Counted from the first letter of the stretch, positions 37,939 through 50,977 are shown. The stretch is DNA of 64,000 nt from Octopus sinensis (GCF_006345805.1 NC_043001.1:48980001-49044000), one strand, 5' to 3'. Notes: a model not told the origin generated them from the sequence alone. Numbers and translations: made by a program.

Positions 37939-40900
37939 AGTAGTGAAGACGAGAATACATTTATCAAAGGTTTACTACTTTACGTACACCGGGGCTTAAG
38001 TTGCCAATTATTTCTGTTTAGTTCATTCAGATTCATTTAACACTCACTGCTGACATTCTTTTGTTGCTCTTCTTTCGCTGCTGACCAACTTCCTAGCTAG
38101 CCCAGAACGAAGTTCCTGTCTACAGTTCGTCTGTCATGAATCCTGTCCTACATAGCCCCCCGCCCAGAACTGTTGACTATCATTGGAAATGGAAGGCATT
38201 TTAATTGTCCTGCCTATGCATGTGGTAACTCAATTCCTTGATGACTGCTCCTTGTCAAGGGTTGGTGTGATCTGCCTAGGATGGGCCCTGTTTAGTGGCT
38301 GGGCTACCTGAACGGGGCTGTCAATATCGAAATGGACCGGTTTCAATCTATCGGTGGAGACTGTCTTGTTGTCCACCAATTAGGAGTTGGAATGTTTTAT
38401 CTCCCGGATGTATGACATAATATGGACCATCATAGGGTGACTGGAGGGGTTTTCGTTGTGTGTCACATCGAACGAACACAAAGTTAGCTGTGCAGAGGTT
38501 ATTTGATATGGATGATCTGGGTGTACCATGTGTCGACATGGGAACAGGGCGCAACTAGCCCATGCTGTCACTCAGTTGGGTGAGGTACCTTTTGACATTC
38601 AGATCTGACTTCGTATTCGGAAGGAACTCTCCTGGCACTGTAAGAGGAGTACTGTATATCATTTGCGCAGAGGAAGTGTTGAGATTTTCTTTTGGGGCTC
38701 TGTGGATTTCCAGCATCCCCCATGGGAGTTGGTCAATCCAATTTGGCCCATTAAGTCTGGTTATCAGAGATTCCTTCAAGCAGCAGCGAAATCTCTCCAC
38801 TAATCTGTTGGCCTGTGGGTGGTAGGCTGTTGTGCAGTTCATTGTGATTCCAAAACTGTGATACGTCATTCTACAGCTTTGAGGTGAATTGTGGACCCTG
38901 ATCGGATGAGATGCTGTCTGGGCGACCTAGTTTGCGATGAGGGCTCGGCTGACTTCTTGTGTTTCTGTGTTGCGGAGAGGGATAACCTCAGGCCAACGGG
39001 TATAGTGGTCTACCAAGGTCAGTAGATAGAGCAACCCTGTGAAGGTGGTAGGGGACCAACAAGGTCGATGTTGACGTGGCCTGAGGTGGTTCATAGTTGC
39101 CCAGGGGTGCTTTGGTGTGCAGATGGACTTTGGCTTGTTGACAGGTGATCCAGGTCCTGGTCCAATCCCCGATTTGCTTGGCCGTACCGTGCCAGATAAA
39201 TTTGCTTGACAGCAGCTGTCATGTGGCTTTAGTACCTGGGTGGGAAAGTCTGTGAATGACATGAAAAACTTTCTTGTGCCAGCCTGATGGGACAATCGGT
39301 CGCGGCTTGCCAGTGGATACATCACACAGTAGGGTTGTGCCGTTAGAGCCAAAGTGTACATCCTGCAAAGAAAGTGATGTGATGGTAGTGCGGTAGGCCC
39401 TGGTCTCGTCATCTGTCTGTTGCGTTGCAGCTATAGCTTCGTAATCCAAGCATTCCGTTATTGGTGCTAGGTAGCTGTGAGAGCAGGTAGGAACACGAGA
39501 AAGTGCGTTGGCAACTGCCCTTGTCGGCTATGTGTTGGATGTCTGTGGTATACTCAGAAATGGCCGATAGCTGTCATTGCTGGCGTGCAGACCAAGGCTC
39601 CGAGAGCTTGCTCATAGCAAAGGTGAGTGGTTTGTGATCTGTGAATACTGTAAACGTGTAGCCTTCAAGGGAATAGTGAAAGTGGCAGACAACTTGATGG
39701 ACAGCCAGTAGTTCCCTGTCAAAAGCACTGCATATCTGTTCAGGGTGTCGTAGATGTTGGCTGAAGAAGGTGAGTAGTCACCACTAACTGTTGATGTGTT
39801 TTTCCAAAATGCCACTAATGGCTGTGTCGGATGCACCAACTGTGAGTGCTGTCCAAGCTGACATATGAGAATGAGACAGCATGGTTGCATGAGCCAGGGC
39901 TTGTTTTGTGGATTCGAAGGCTGAAGTCATTGTACTATCCCACTCCACCTGTCTTTTTGAACCCTCTTTTGACTGCCTTTTATAGGGATCTCATTACTCT
40001 TGCTACAGAAGGAATGAAGCGATGGTAAAAGTTTACCATGCTCACGAATTGATGTAGAGCCTTGCTTGTGGTGGGGCATGAAAAAATAGGTTAGCTTTCA
40101 CTTTTTCTGGCAGGGGTGTAGCGCTGGCACTTGTGATTCGATGTCCCAAGAAGTCGATTTCTGTCGCACCAAAAACACACTTGGCAGGGTTGATTACCAA
40201 ACCATATTGTTCCAGCCTATCAAAAAGAGTTTCTAGGTGCTACTTATGAAGCTCCGCGTTTTGGCTTGCAATAAGAATATCATCTAAGTATGCAAAGACA
40301 AAATCGAGACCTCTGCACACAGTGTCCATCAGGCTTTGGAAGGATTGTGCTGCGTTTTTTTTTTTAGCCCAAGGGGTGTACGTAGTAATTCGTAGAGACC
40401 GAAAGGAGTGATTACAGCGATTTTCGGTACATCGTCGTCTTGTACTGGTATTTGGTGGTATCTCTGGATGAGGTCAACCTTCGAGAAAATCGAGCACCCG
40501 GCTAGCTGGGCTGAGATATCTTGTGTGTCAGGTGTCGTATCTGCGTTGGGACGGTGGTAATCTCCGCAGGGTCGATAACCTCCATTGAATTTGGGGGCCA
40601 CATGCAGGGATGACGAAGAGGGACTGCTTGATTGGCGAACTATGCCCAATGCCTCCATATTGTCGAACTCAGCCTTTGTAATTGCAGGTTTGTCAGGTGA
40701 TAGATGACGTGTACTGGGGAGCCGGTGGTGGAGAAGTGGTGTGTCACCCCGTGGAGGGCTGGAGGTTTGGAGAATGTCGGAATGGTGAGATTGGGGTGAC
40801 TTACAAGAAAATTTAAGAATTCGTTCTTGGTCTGCGAGACGGTTACAATGCAGGGGGCAGTATGTGTAGATGTTGCAAGAGACACGGAAGTGTATGTGTT

Positions 40901-41674
40901 GTTTTTGATGAGTCGTCTTCCCTGCAAATCAACCAGTAGCAAGTGTACTCGAAGAAAGTCTACACCGATTATGGGCTGATGGACATTGGCGATGGTGAAC
41001 GTCCATGTGTATTTTTGTGAGCCGATGTTGAGAGAAAGGGTGTGATGACCATATGCTTGAATTGTGGACCCGTTGGCGGCTGTTAAAGGTTGTCTCCGCT
41101 TTCCGCGACGGAGGTCCCTTGCCGACGTCGGGGTAACGCTGACTTCTGCTCCTGTGTCGATTAGTGAGTCCGGAGGTCCGATTGCAGACATAGAGGAGCA
41201 TTTGATCATGTCTGCCGGTCACCATGCGTTCAATGGTGGCCGGCCCTGGAGTTTCCCTGGGTCACTGGTGAAGGGGTCCTGAAGCTACAGAGTTGTTTGC
41301 ACTTTGTTGCCTTTTTCCCGAACTTTTCATGGTAGAAGCACAGGTCATCTTGCTTAACCCTACCCTGTTTTGGGGCCAACCCTATGGCGTTGACCACGAC
41401 ACAGTTGCCTTCGCTAACTGCCGTAGGTCCTTGATTTCGGTCTGAGTTATGAGGGCCTGGACCTGGGGTGGCAGCTTGCGGAGCAATATTTCCCTAAACT
41501 AAAAGGAAGGTGACTCACCGGTGGGGGGAGGGGACTAATACCAACATTTTCTCCATCAGTTCCGAAGGTTTAGAATCGCCTAATTCATCCACCAGTATCT
41601 TTGCTGCCGCTTCTCTTTCACTTGCCCGCAGCGAAATTCCTGCCAACAGTTCGTGTCATGAATCCTGCCCTACA
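37939..41674 (-). mobile_element. Ty3/gypsy LTR retrotransposon, decayed
   Basis: Protease LIDTGAEVS (40640-41209), RT CGDY/FSKVDL/AVITPFGLYE, integrase (LVDHYTRWPEVIP, TTAYHPQAN); 3' LTR ~37939-38152 preceded by a purine tract; only ~35 bp of the 5' LTR survives at 41640-41674. Confidence 0.9.
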
Positions 41675-41695
41675 CAGGCATACATACACATGTGC

Positions 41696-42338
41696 AGGGT
41701 GGCCCTAAAATCTCTAGACTATTCCAAAGTATAATGTTAAATATTCACATTTAGTCTTTTATTAACAATAAATACACTTCTTAGAAAACATTTCTTAATT
41801 TTCATAAAGCACTTTATTTACTAATATATACTTTAAAAAGATGAAGAAAAAAATTGAAAATAAAACAAATTGAGGAAAAAGTTGCGGAAGATGAAGGGAG
41901 AGGAGATGGGCTACATATTCCAGAAAAAGTGTGGTACTTAACGGCACCCCTCAGTAATGTCTGCGATGGCGTTGCCGCGGAGAATGGTCAGCGACATTCT
42001 CCGCAGCAGCCATTCCACCTCATGGGGCTCATTTCTCAGACGGGCCGCCGCATTTCCTATTTTGCGAAGGAAATCGGTAGTATGGGGTCCTAGAACACCT
42101 GACGTCTGGACGGTCAGCGGCACAAACTGATAGCAGCCGGCCAGGTTTCTATACTTATCGGACTTTTCTCGACTCCGCGTTACAGGCGACGACATCGGGA
42201 TTTGAAAATTACAACCTTAAAATGAAATGGTCACCATTTTGTTCTTGACAAAGGTAGGCACTTTCTAAAATTGAAAAAAATTGTAAAAAAAGTTGTTATA
42301 CACTTAAAACGATCTTGTTACTTTTGGCCATCCTATAT
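41696..42338. mobile_element. Tc1-like TIR element enclosing a restriction-like endonuclease fragment
   Basis: Termini CAGGGTGGCCCTAAAA / TTTTGGCCATCCTATA; ORF 41938-42195 (-) KSDKYRNL..YQFVPLTVQTSGVLG..ILRGNA resembles the RLE domain of CRE/R2-type retrotransposons. Confidence 0.55.
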
Positions 42339-42434
42339 ATACTTGCGTGTGCATACACACCTACAAACACACATAACCTACACACACACCTACACTCACA
42401 CACACACCTACACTCACACGCACACCTATACACA

Positions 42435-42472
<38 letters not shown>

Positions 42473-42795
42473 GCATACTTACCCGCATACACACATGCAC
42501 GCATACACAATATATTCAGGGTGGTAGTGAGTGTATCATTTGTATCAACAGCAACAACAATCGCAGAAACAACAATAAAATCGTCATCGTCATCATCATC
42601 ATCATCATCATCATCCTCAACAACAACAACAACAACAACGATACAACAACGAAGTTAAATCTAAATCAAAAGGAATTGTCCAAGTTGAGACCTCATCATC
42701 ATCATCAACAACAACGACGACAACAACAACAACAACAACAACAACGAAGTTAAATCTAAATCGAAAGGAATTGTCCAAGTTGAGAGAGCTTCGCT

Positions 42796-42809
42796 GTAAC
42801 TATAGCAAC
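42796..42809. promoter_or_regulatory. RFX X-box-like motif
   Basis: GTAACTATAGCAAC, 95 bp upstream of the ATG at 42905. Confidence 0.35.
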
Positions 42810-42904
42810 ACAGTAAACAGTACACGAATAGCGTTTCGAAACGATTTATTTATTCCATATTGATAAAAGTTTCTTATTATGAACATGATCTTAAAATTTG
42901 TACA

Positions 42905-43063
42905 ATGAAGAAAGGACTCAGCTTCCGGTCCTATGTTTCCAGAATGTCTAGGGGTCGTTCGACTATCCTACTGTTATTGACGGCGGTGATATTTCTATTC
43001 GTCGCTGGCTCCATAAACTCAATATGGAACAATCCGCAGCAGTATTATGAAACAATTTACCAG
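42905..43063 (+). CDS. Candidate first coding exon of a type II membrane protein
   Basis: MKKGLSFRSYVSRMSRGRS-TILLLLTAVIFLFVAGSI-NSIWNNPQQYYETIYQ: basic N-terminus, single TM segment, donor CAG|GTACCA; unique non-repeat sequence. Confidence 0.5.
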
Positions 43064-43401
43064 GTACCAAATTTATTTCGCGAATTTTCAATAAACATTG
43101 CATAATTTCTATTGACTTTGTAGAATGTATACGCACAGGCGGGGCTATGTGGTAAGCAGTCTGCTTCCCAACTACCTGGTTCCAGGTTCAGTCTCTGCGT
43201 GGAACTTTGGGCGAGTGTCTTCAACTATAGCCCCGGACCGAACAATCAAAAGCCTCGTGAGTGGATATGGTACACAGAAACTGGAAGAAGCCCATCATGA
43301 CACGCACGCACACACGGTTCAATTGTACAGAAAATAAAAGACAAAGACAGGTGAGGGAACAATACGCAGGTGAATTAGTTTGACGTTTGGGAAGAATGGA
43401 A

Positions 43402-43438
43402 ACATCTTTGACGTTTCGAGCTTATGCTCTTCGACAGA
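43402..43438 (-). ncRNA. Variant minimal hammerhead-like motif in a dispersed repeat
   Basis: Minus strand CTGTCGA-A-GAGC-ataa-GCTC-GAAAC-GT-C-AAAG; ACGT palindrome, core has A6 to U; decayed homolog at ~18855-18890. Confidence 0.3.
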
Positions 43439-44528
43439 TATGTAAGTGTGTCTGTGTTTATGTTTGTATTCTATCACCGTTTTACAACCGGTGTTGATTT
43501 GTTTACGTTCTCATAACTTAGCAGTTCGGCAAAATAAACTGATAGAATAAGTACCAGTCTTCCGAAAGAAGAAAAGTACTGGGGTCGATTTGTTCGACAA
43601 AAACTCTTCAAGGCTTTGCCCTAGCATGGTCTCATTCAGTGACCAAAACGAATAAAGTCGCTAGAAACTGCCGAACCACGTCTATGTCGCTTGTGTAATC
43701 GTAATTCAGAAGGTAAGTCTTGTCATACACGTTCAGTTTGCCAGAGATTTGCGTTAACCCTTTTACCAATTGTAAGTAAAAGCCTAAGTGACAATCTAAT
43801 TGGGGAAATCTGTTTCGTTCGTATTCTGTGAAGAGCGGTCAACAAACTGTAGAACAACCTATCAGAAGAATCACTCCTTTATTCTCACCATCAGTAGCAT
43901 AGAAATAATATGTTTACATTCTTCTTTAATCCAGATTGAGGACTTTTTACAAACACGTACGTGCATGCATGCATACATGCATACATCCAACCATCCATTC
44001 ATCCATCAATCCTCCTTCCTATTCCATACATACATACATACATACATACATACATACATACATACATACATACATACATACATGCATATATTACATACAT
44101 ATTGGGTCTTAAAATGAAGTAGGATTCAGCAGTGGCCTGGAGTGCAAAGGTCGTGAATATCTGATGCATCTGTCCCTAGAATAGCTTAAAACCATCTTGC
44201 ATTTTGAGAGGTGGACTCCTATGTTCGGGGTCTGAAAGTGAGACCATAAAGTTGAGTGCTGATGGTTAACATCTTAGTAAGGATATGAAGGATGCTGCTG
44301 GAAAGCTCAGCATGAGGCTGGCCGAGGACTAGTGTTAAAAGCCTCACCCTACTAGATTGTAGTTAACCTAGACCTGATTTCACTCACTCCTGCTTCACTG
44401 CAGTTACTGTTGTTGCTGATACTGCTACATATACAGCTGGGCTACACTGTAATAAAGTTTTAAGTAGTAGTAATGGTGGTGGTCGTTGTGGTAATAGCAG
44501 TGGTGATGGTGGTAGTAGTATAGATGTA

Positions 44529-44622
<94 letters not shown>

Positions 44623-44750
44623 AAGGTCCATAGTTTCGGGTTCAGTCCTACTGCGTAGCAATCTTGAGCAAGTGTCTTGTATTATATCCTCAGGCCAATC
44701 AAAGTTTTGTGAATGGATTTGGTAGACGGAAACTGAAAGAAGCCCGTTGT

Positions 44751-44839
<89 letters not shown>

Positions 44840-44844
44840 ATATC

Positions 44845-45112
44845 TTACTTTTTTACTCTTATTTGTTTCAGTCATTTGACTGCTGCCATTCTGGATCACC
44901 ATCTTTAATCGAACAAATCGACCCCACCACTTATTCTTTGTAAGCCTAGTACTTATTTTATCGGTTACTTTTGCCGAACTGCTAAGTTACGGGGACGTAA
45001 GCACACCAGCATCGGTCGGCAAGCGATGATGGGGGGGGGACAAACACAGACACACAAATACATATACATATATATACATACATAAATAAATATATATACA
45101 TATAAAAACATT

Positions 45113-45181
<69 letters not shown>

Positions 45182-45315
45182 GACGGGCTTTCAGTTTCCG
45201 TATACCAAATCCACTCACAACGCTTTGGTCGACCCAAGGCTATAGTAGAAGACACTTGCCCAAGGTGTCACGCAGTGGGACTGAACCCGGAACCATGTGG
45301 TTTGGAAGCAAGCTT
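44845..45315 (-). mobile_element. SINE family A with internal (TA)n expansion
   Basis: Reverse complement of family A; a + strand partial copy lies at ~44625-44750. Confidence 0.75.
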
Positions 45316-45345
45316 ATATATATGTATATATATATTATATATATA

Positions 45346-45409
<64 letters not shown>

Positions 45410-45429
45410 CTGTGCATAATTCCAAAAAC

Positions 45430-45570
45430 TGGAACAAGTACGCAACGGACGACAAGAAAAAGATGGACAGGACAAAACAAGGACGGGCCATTTCTGGCCT
45501 TCTTTCATCAGTTAAGTTTCCAGATTGTCCTTACAGTTTCGGCGTCTTTGTGTCTGTATTTGTCCTCTAC
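45430..45570 (-). repeat. Diverged dispersed copy of part of the 775-bp tandem unit
   Basis: Minus strand GCCGAAACTGTAAGGACAATCTGGAAACTTAACTGATGAAAGAAGGCCAGAAATGGCCCGTCC aligns with the unit's GCCGAAATTGCTAAGATGATCTGGTTCTTGACTGATGACTGAGGGCTTCGAATGTCCCGTCC. Confidence 0.65.
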
Positions 45571-45844
45571 CACTTCTTGAACACCAGTGGTTCGGCAAAA
45601 TACGACGATAGAATAAGTACAAAGCTTAAAAAAAGTCCTTGAGTCGATTTGTTCGACTAAGAACCCTTCCTCAATCATAGCTACAGTCAAATGACTGAAA
45701 CAAGCAAAAGATAAAAGATATCTTTTTCCCTGGCAAATCTGAAGATTTCAAGTTAACTGGAGGTAAGGTGAAATGATGGTGGTGGTGAGAATATGAAATT
45801 GCTACACTGAGAAAAATTGAGGCGGTTAGTGCGTTTCTTTGCTG

Positions 45845-46145
45845 TACACCCGGAGTTCTCAACCATTAAAAAAAATCTATGAATCCCCACCCAAAGCCAT
45901 TCGATGTTTTATGGAAATTTTTTTCAAAACTTCTTGTTTTTCACACATTAACTTGTGTAGGTTGAACTACGTAAAATGTTAAGGAAAGAAACCTGTTTCT
46001 TGCAATACATACATCGAAAGCAATTTTTTTTCATGGGCCCTTAAAATACTATCGTGGCTCTCCAATTTATTATTCTGTCAAGTGGACACACAAAATCTTA
46101 TTGGACCCCCAGGGGCCATACGGACCCCAGCTGAGAACCACTGCT
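45845..46145. mobile_element. hAT-like MITE
   Basis: Degenerate TIRs GGAGTTCTCAACC / GCTGAGAACCACTG. Confidence 0.45.
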
Positions 46146-46345
46146 GTTCACCTACAACCTGCTTGTACTATGTGCTTTTATGAATTGAGAGCAGCATTTG
46201 TAAGTATATTTATGGAATACATGAAAATGTTTGTTAATATGCCTCGGGAGGGTCATTTTTCCAAGAGAAATAATGCGCTGGTTATGTTTTACTTTATTTT
46301 ACTAGATGTGTTATAATTTTAACAAACGACTGAATTTTTTCACAG

Positions 46346-46392
46346 AGAAAATAGATCCGGTGGAAAAACGTTTTCCAGACTGTGATGCACAG
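46346..46392 (+). CDS. Possible micro-exon (KIDPVEKRFPDCDAQ)
   Basis: TTTTTTCACAG| and CAG|GTAGGA; phase does not join 43063 directly unless the AG at 46347 or an unseen exon is used. Confidence 0.3.
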
Positions 46393-46737
46393 GTAGGATA
46401 TCATTTTATTTAATCAGGGACCTTATAATTGCTGTTGTTTATCTTCAAAACTACCAGGCTGATTGATGATCAAAGGCGTTGCGGTCATATCCAGTCTCTC
46501 TTTTATTTGTTCAGCCATAATACACCTAGGCTTACGCTTACTATCTAATCTTTCTTAAAGGCAGACTATAGCTTGACGGAGATTTGGTTATTTCTCGTAG
46601 GTCGAATAATCATAGGTTGGATCGACTTTTGGAAATTATAAGTACAATAATTGAGTAAAATGAAATAGACTGACCAGGAATGGCGTCAAGTACACAGACT
46701 TTCCTCTCTAAGAACTTAATATTATATTTAGCAGCAG

Positions 46738-46950
46738 GGCAGCGAGCTGGCAGAGTCTTTAGCACGCCTGGGAAAAATGCTTAACGGCTAATCGTCTGTC
46801 TTTACGTTCTGAGATCAAATTCTGCTGAGGTCTACTTCGCTTTTCATCCTTTCGGGGTCGATAAAATAAGTACCAGTTGAGCACTAGGGTAGATGTAATC
46901 GACTTACCACCGTCCAGAAATTGTTGGCCCTGTGCCAAAATTTGAAACCA
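46738..46950 (+). mobile_element. SINE family B
   Basis: GGGCAGCGAGCTGGCAGAG...GGGGTCGATAAAATAAGTACCAG...GTGCCAAAATTTGAAACC. Confidence 0.75.
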
Positions 46951-48309
46951 ATATTATATACAGCAGAGACTGGGAAACTTACTTAATATGATAAACATTA
47001 TCTCTCAGAGAGCAGCATGATGTACTAATGCACACGTTTTATTGTTACATCGCACATTTTGTTACAAAAAAATATAATGTAAATATTGAGAAGTACATGT
47101 ATGCAATAACAATAATTGTGCATAGGTTTCTTTTAAACTCCTAATTTATATTAGAACAAGGTAATACTCAGTTCTAACATAAAGTAAAAAATTGAAATTC
47201 TGAAATTTTTATTGTGAACATTAAACGTGTGTGCTAAACCAACGGACTCTCAGTTTATACCAAGTAAATAATCATATCACTTGATATTTTTCTTATTTAT
47301 TATTTTCTTGTTTCTATATATAAACATATTTTTTCTTATTTTCTTATTTTTTTCTATACAAACTGTGGTGAGAAAAAGAAAAGGGGCAGTGGGAGGAGGT
47401 CTCAACCTACATACTTCCATGAGCCCCATTTGAATCAACGAAGAACGATATGCCTCTCGCGAGATGCGGTTTGACCACTCTTTTTATTTAGTATTCGTGC
47501 CCATATAATTTACCAAACTGCTGTTGGTTAACTTTAAATTTCTTCAATACCATGCTTCTGATTTCTCTTCTTATATACACAGTTTAAAGGTTGTGCTGAA
47601 AGATTCCACTAACACCGAACTATGGGCAAACACTTCAGCATCGAGATATTAAGAAACTAATTTCCAATACCGAAGCAGTTAAGTATTGTATTATACCGAA
47701 AGCAATATTATATTCCTATATCCATTCTCTAAATAGAGGGTCTCTAAAACTTAACCCTAACCCTTTCCTATATATAGGCAGAACCACAAGGTTCGTAGTG
47801 ACTAAAGTAAAGGTTCATAGGGACTCGTTCTTATCTCTGAATAGGCGGAGGAAATTTCTCTTCCTGCTGGATGCAAGCCTACCACAAGTAGCATTTACAA
47901 AGCATTTACAAGAGTCACTATTTCTCATAACTTGATGTGCTGTGCTCTTCAGTCCAGCTCTGCAATCTCCAGAATTCCCAAAAAGGAATGGACAATTAAT
48001 AATGTCAGCTACTATTCATAACATGTCACAATGCTAAACTAAATATACACAAACAACATAAACTTGTCACTAGTAAAAATAAAACACCTGACTGATGACG
48101 TATGCATCTACGGTTCTGTGGTGTGTGCGAGAGATTCGAAATAAAGACACCTACCTTCTCTTCGCTCTGATGGAGACCCTTCAGCGGTAACGGATCCTTC
48201 GACACAGCCCGACCCGAACGCTAGAGATAGCAGCTGCTTCACCCAACCTTAACAACGTGATCACCCGTCTTAACCCCGCGACGACCTGAGTTGAAAAAGC
48301 AGAAATCCC

Positions 48310-48390
48310 TGCTCGCTGCGCGCGCGTCCCGGCTGCCCCTTCCGGTCAGCCCCAAGTTCCGGTCAGCTCCCCAGCTGCTGACGTCATCCC
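48310..48390. promoter_or_regulatory. CpG-rich promoter-like motif cluster
   Basis: TGCGCGCGCG (48317-48326), two TTCCGGTCAGC ETS-like sites (48339, 48356) and a CRE palindrome TGACGTCA (48379-48386). Confidence 0.4.
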
Positions 48391-49329
48391 ACAGGTTCAA
48401 AATTAAAATTTGTGGTAACGGTATGTACACCAACTACACTCTTTCTTCCTATTATAAAGAGGCAGCAACATACACCAACGTCACCTCATCTTGGAAGTCT
48501 TGAAACTTTAAGGTCAGGTTTAGAAAAATTAATATCTTTAATAAACTGCGAGAAACACATACGAAATATGTAAAAAACACCATGACAAAAAAAATGAAAA
48601 CAAGAAACAGTCACAGTTTTAAATACGTACTCATATATCTATACGCATACATATAAATATGTACGTGTAAATATGTATGTATGTATATGTATATATGTAT
48701 ATAAGTAAGTATATATATATATATATATGTGTGTGTAATTTTTATAACTATGAGTATAATTATAATTAGGGTTCAGCAAAAAAATTTGCTTCACCACATA
48801 CCGAAATTAGAAATAGCAGCCAAAGAAACTAGCTATTTCTCTACCATAAGAAAATCTCCCAGATAATATATACTCAAAAACAATTCCCGTAGGCAAAGAG
48901 AAAAAATAACGAAGTTCACTCGGCATTTGATTAACTGTGGACGTGATTCGGAGTTAGATATGAAAAATGCAAAAATCGCATTTCCATTCCAATCATTTTC
49001 GCTCTTCAGCACAGTATTTCAAGATTTTAAATTTGAGAGCACTTGAAATCGTTGGTTGATAACGCTCGTGTAGTATCACGTGGTAATATCAAATGGTGTG
49101 AGGGTAACTCTATAGACCACAGCTTTTCAGAGACAGGATTCCCTCAGCAGGGACCGGGGGAATTTCGGCGGTTACAGACTGGAGTGTGAAGTGGAGACTG
49201 TGTGAGTGTGTACTTGCTTCTGTTGAAGTGTGCAATGTTGGAAGTGATATTATTTAACGTTATAGGCTTTAAAGAGTTTATGACGCATACAGATTCTTGG
49301 GAAACGTAATCTAATTAGCGACAAGAAGT

Positions 49330-50560
49330 TTCTAGCCTCATTAGGGAAGATTAAACTAGATTACGATTCTTTTTCTATCTTCAGGTTTGGGTTGAGTGGA
49401 GGATCCTGCGTAGACACTGACTTATCAATAAAACCATTCCTCACACTCAGCAAGTAAACCATTGTTGAATTCATTATACTAATACACATTCAGTATACTT
49501 TAACGGAACATTTTGAAAGTGTTTGTAAGATTCTTCTTGAACTTATCCATGGTGTTGTCGTTCATATGGCTTGTGATTACAAGGACATCATCCCTGCAGA
49601 AAGCCGAACTGTAGAAGTGTAATTGTTTTGTTTGGGAATCCAGGATAAACAATTCAATGAGGTCAGCAAGCTCAGGTCTGTCATAGTTCACCAAGGGGTC
49701 GTTGAATAGTAGGTGTCCTTCACTTTTATCCAGTAGAAAACGCCGTGAAATAGAAGTGACTTCTTATCGTTTAGAATGATTCTGATGGTGAAGTTCACCA
49801 AAGTCTTGAGCTTTCAGGAGGAGGGTTTACGATATTGAAGGGTAGAAATCCTTGATATCAAATTGGATGAATTTTCAAGCTGCTTTATTGCAGATGTCGC
49901 GGAACCTTAAATGCGGGCTAATTAACCCCTTTGAGAGAGGTAGACATGTATTCTCAAAACCATTTATTCTGACATCGGATAAATGTCAGATTACGACTGC
50001 ACTGAAGCCCCATTGGATTAACCCTGTCGCCTATCCGATGTCAGAATAAATGGTTTTGAGAATACATGTCTACCTCTCTCAAAGGGGTTAATTAGCCCGC
50101 ATTTAAGGTTGGAAAGAAAGTTGGACTTACGGTCTCTTAGCGAATACAGAAAGCGGCCATGATGAGAAAGTCGATGTGATCATCTATCTCGCACAGCACC
50201 TTAATTTCGATCTTGCTGCATGCTGAGATGTCAGTTTTCTTCAATATGTTGGTACTGATATTTGTAAGAAGTGTGTTGAGCATGGAGGTGTTTTTTTTAA
50301 TATATATTTTGTTGGTAATTATTTGAAGTGTCATGTATTTGTTTAAAGAGGCGAGGAAAGAATTAAAATCACGCAAAAATCTTACCATTTTGATGATATT
50401 TATGAAATCAGCTTCGAAATTGTCCTGTTTCTTTAGTAGAAGATATTTTAGTGATTTGATTCTAATTATATTTGCAGGTGTGCTTGCAGTCCGGGTTTTC
50501 GAGGAAGCAGAGTTTCTATCGCATATGTTTGATCACATATTCCACCTTTTTTTTTTCTGT
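49330..50560 (-). mobile_element. Penelope-like element RT remnant with internal inverted duplication
   Basis: Minus-strand peptides NLKCGLINP (~50100), DIKDFYPSI (~49840), FCRDDVL (~49590). Confidence 0.7.
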
Positions 50561-50939
50561 TAAAGCATGTTAAATAAAGCTACCGTGTTGGTATACAAAT
50601 GCTTTTAAAGCATATAGAAGCAGTTTTCTCTCTATCTTCGACTGCTTATTCCTTGTTTGTTAGTAACTCTCGATAGAGATTAGAGCAGTTATATGCGAAG
50701 GAGAAGAAATGAAAAAGGAGAATTAAGCACATTCAGTAAGGGTTGTAAGTACAGAGATGGATTGAGGAGAATTTGAAAGAAATTTCATGTTGCTAAGCCA
50801 AAGTATCCACTTGAATTGAATTGACCAATGGAGATCTAAATATTCCCACCATTCAAAAATTTTTTACATTCTCTTCATCCCAGCTCACTACATCTGAGAA
50901 GGCGGACACATTCTGTGCCGGAGCAGCTAATTTGACTTG

Positions 50940-50946
50940 TCATGTA

Positions 50947-50977
<31 letters not shown>

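Noticed and set aside
42640-42790. ~98-bp tandem duplication with CAA/CAT triplets suggesting a polyQ/polyN protein
   Set aside because: Simple repeats without splice or start context.
43660-43718. Apparent exon ending CAGAAG|GTAAGT
   Set aside because: Lies in SINE-related sequence with a poor acceptor.
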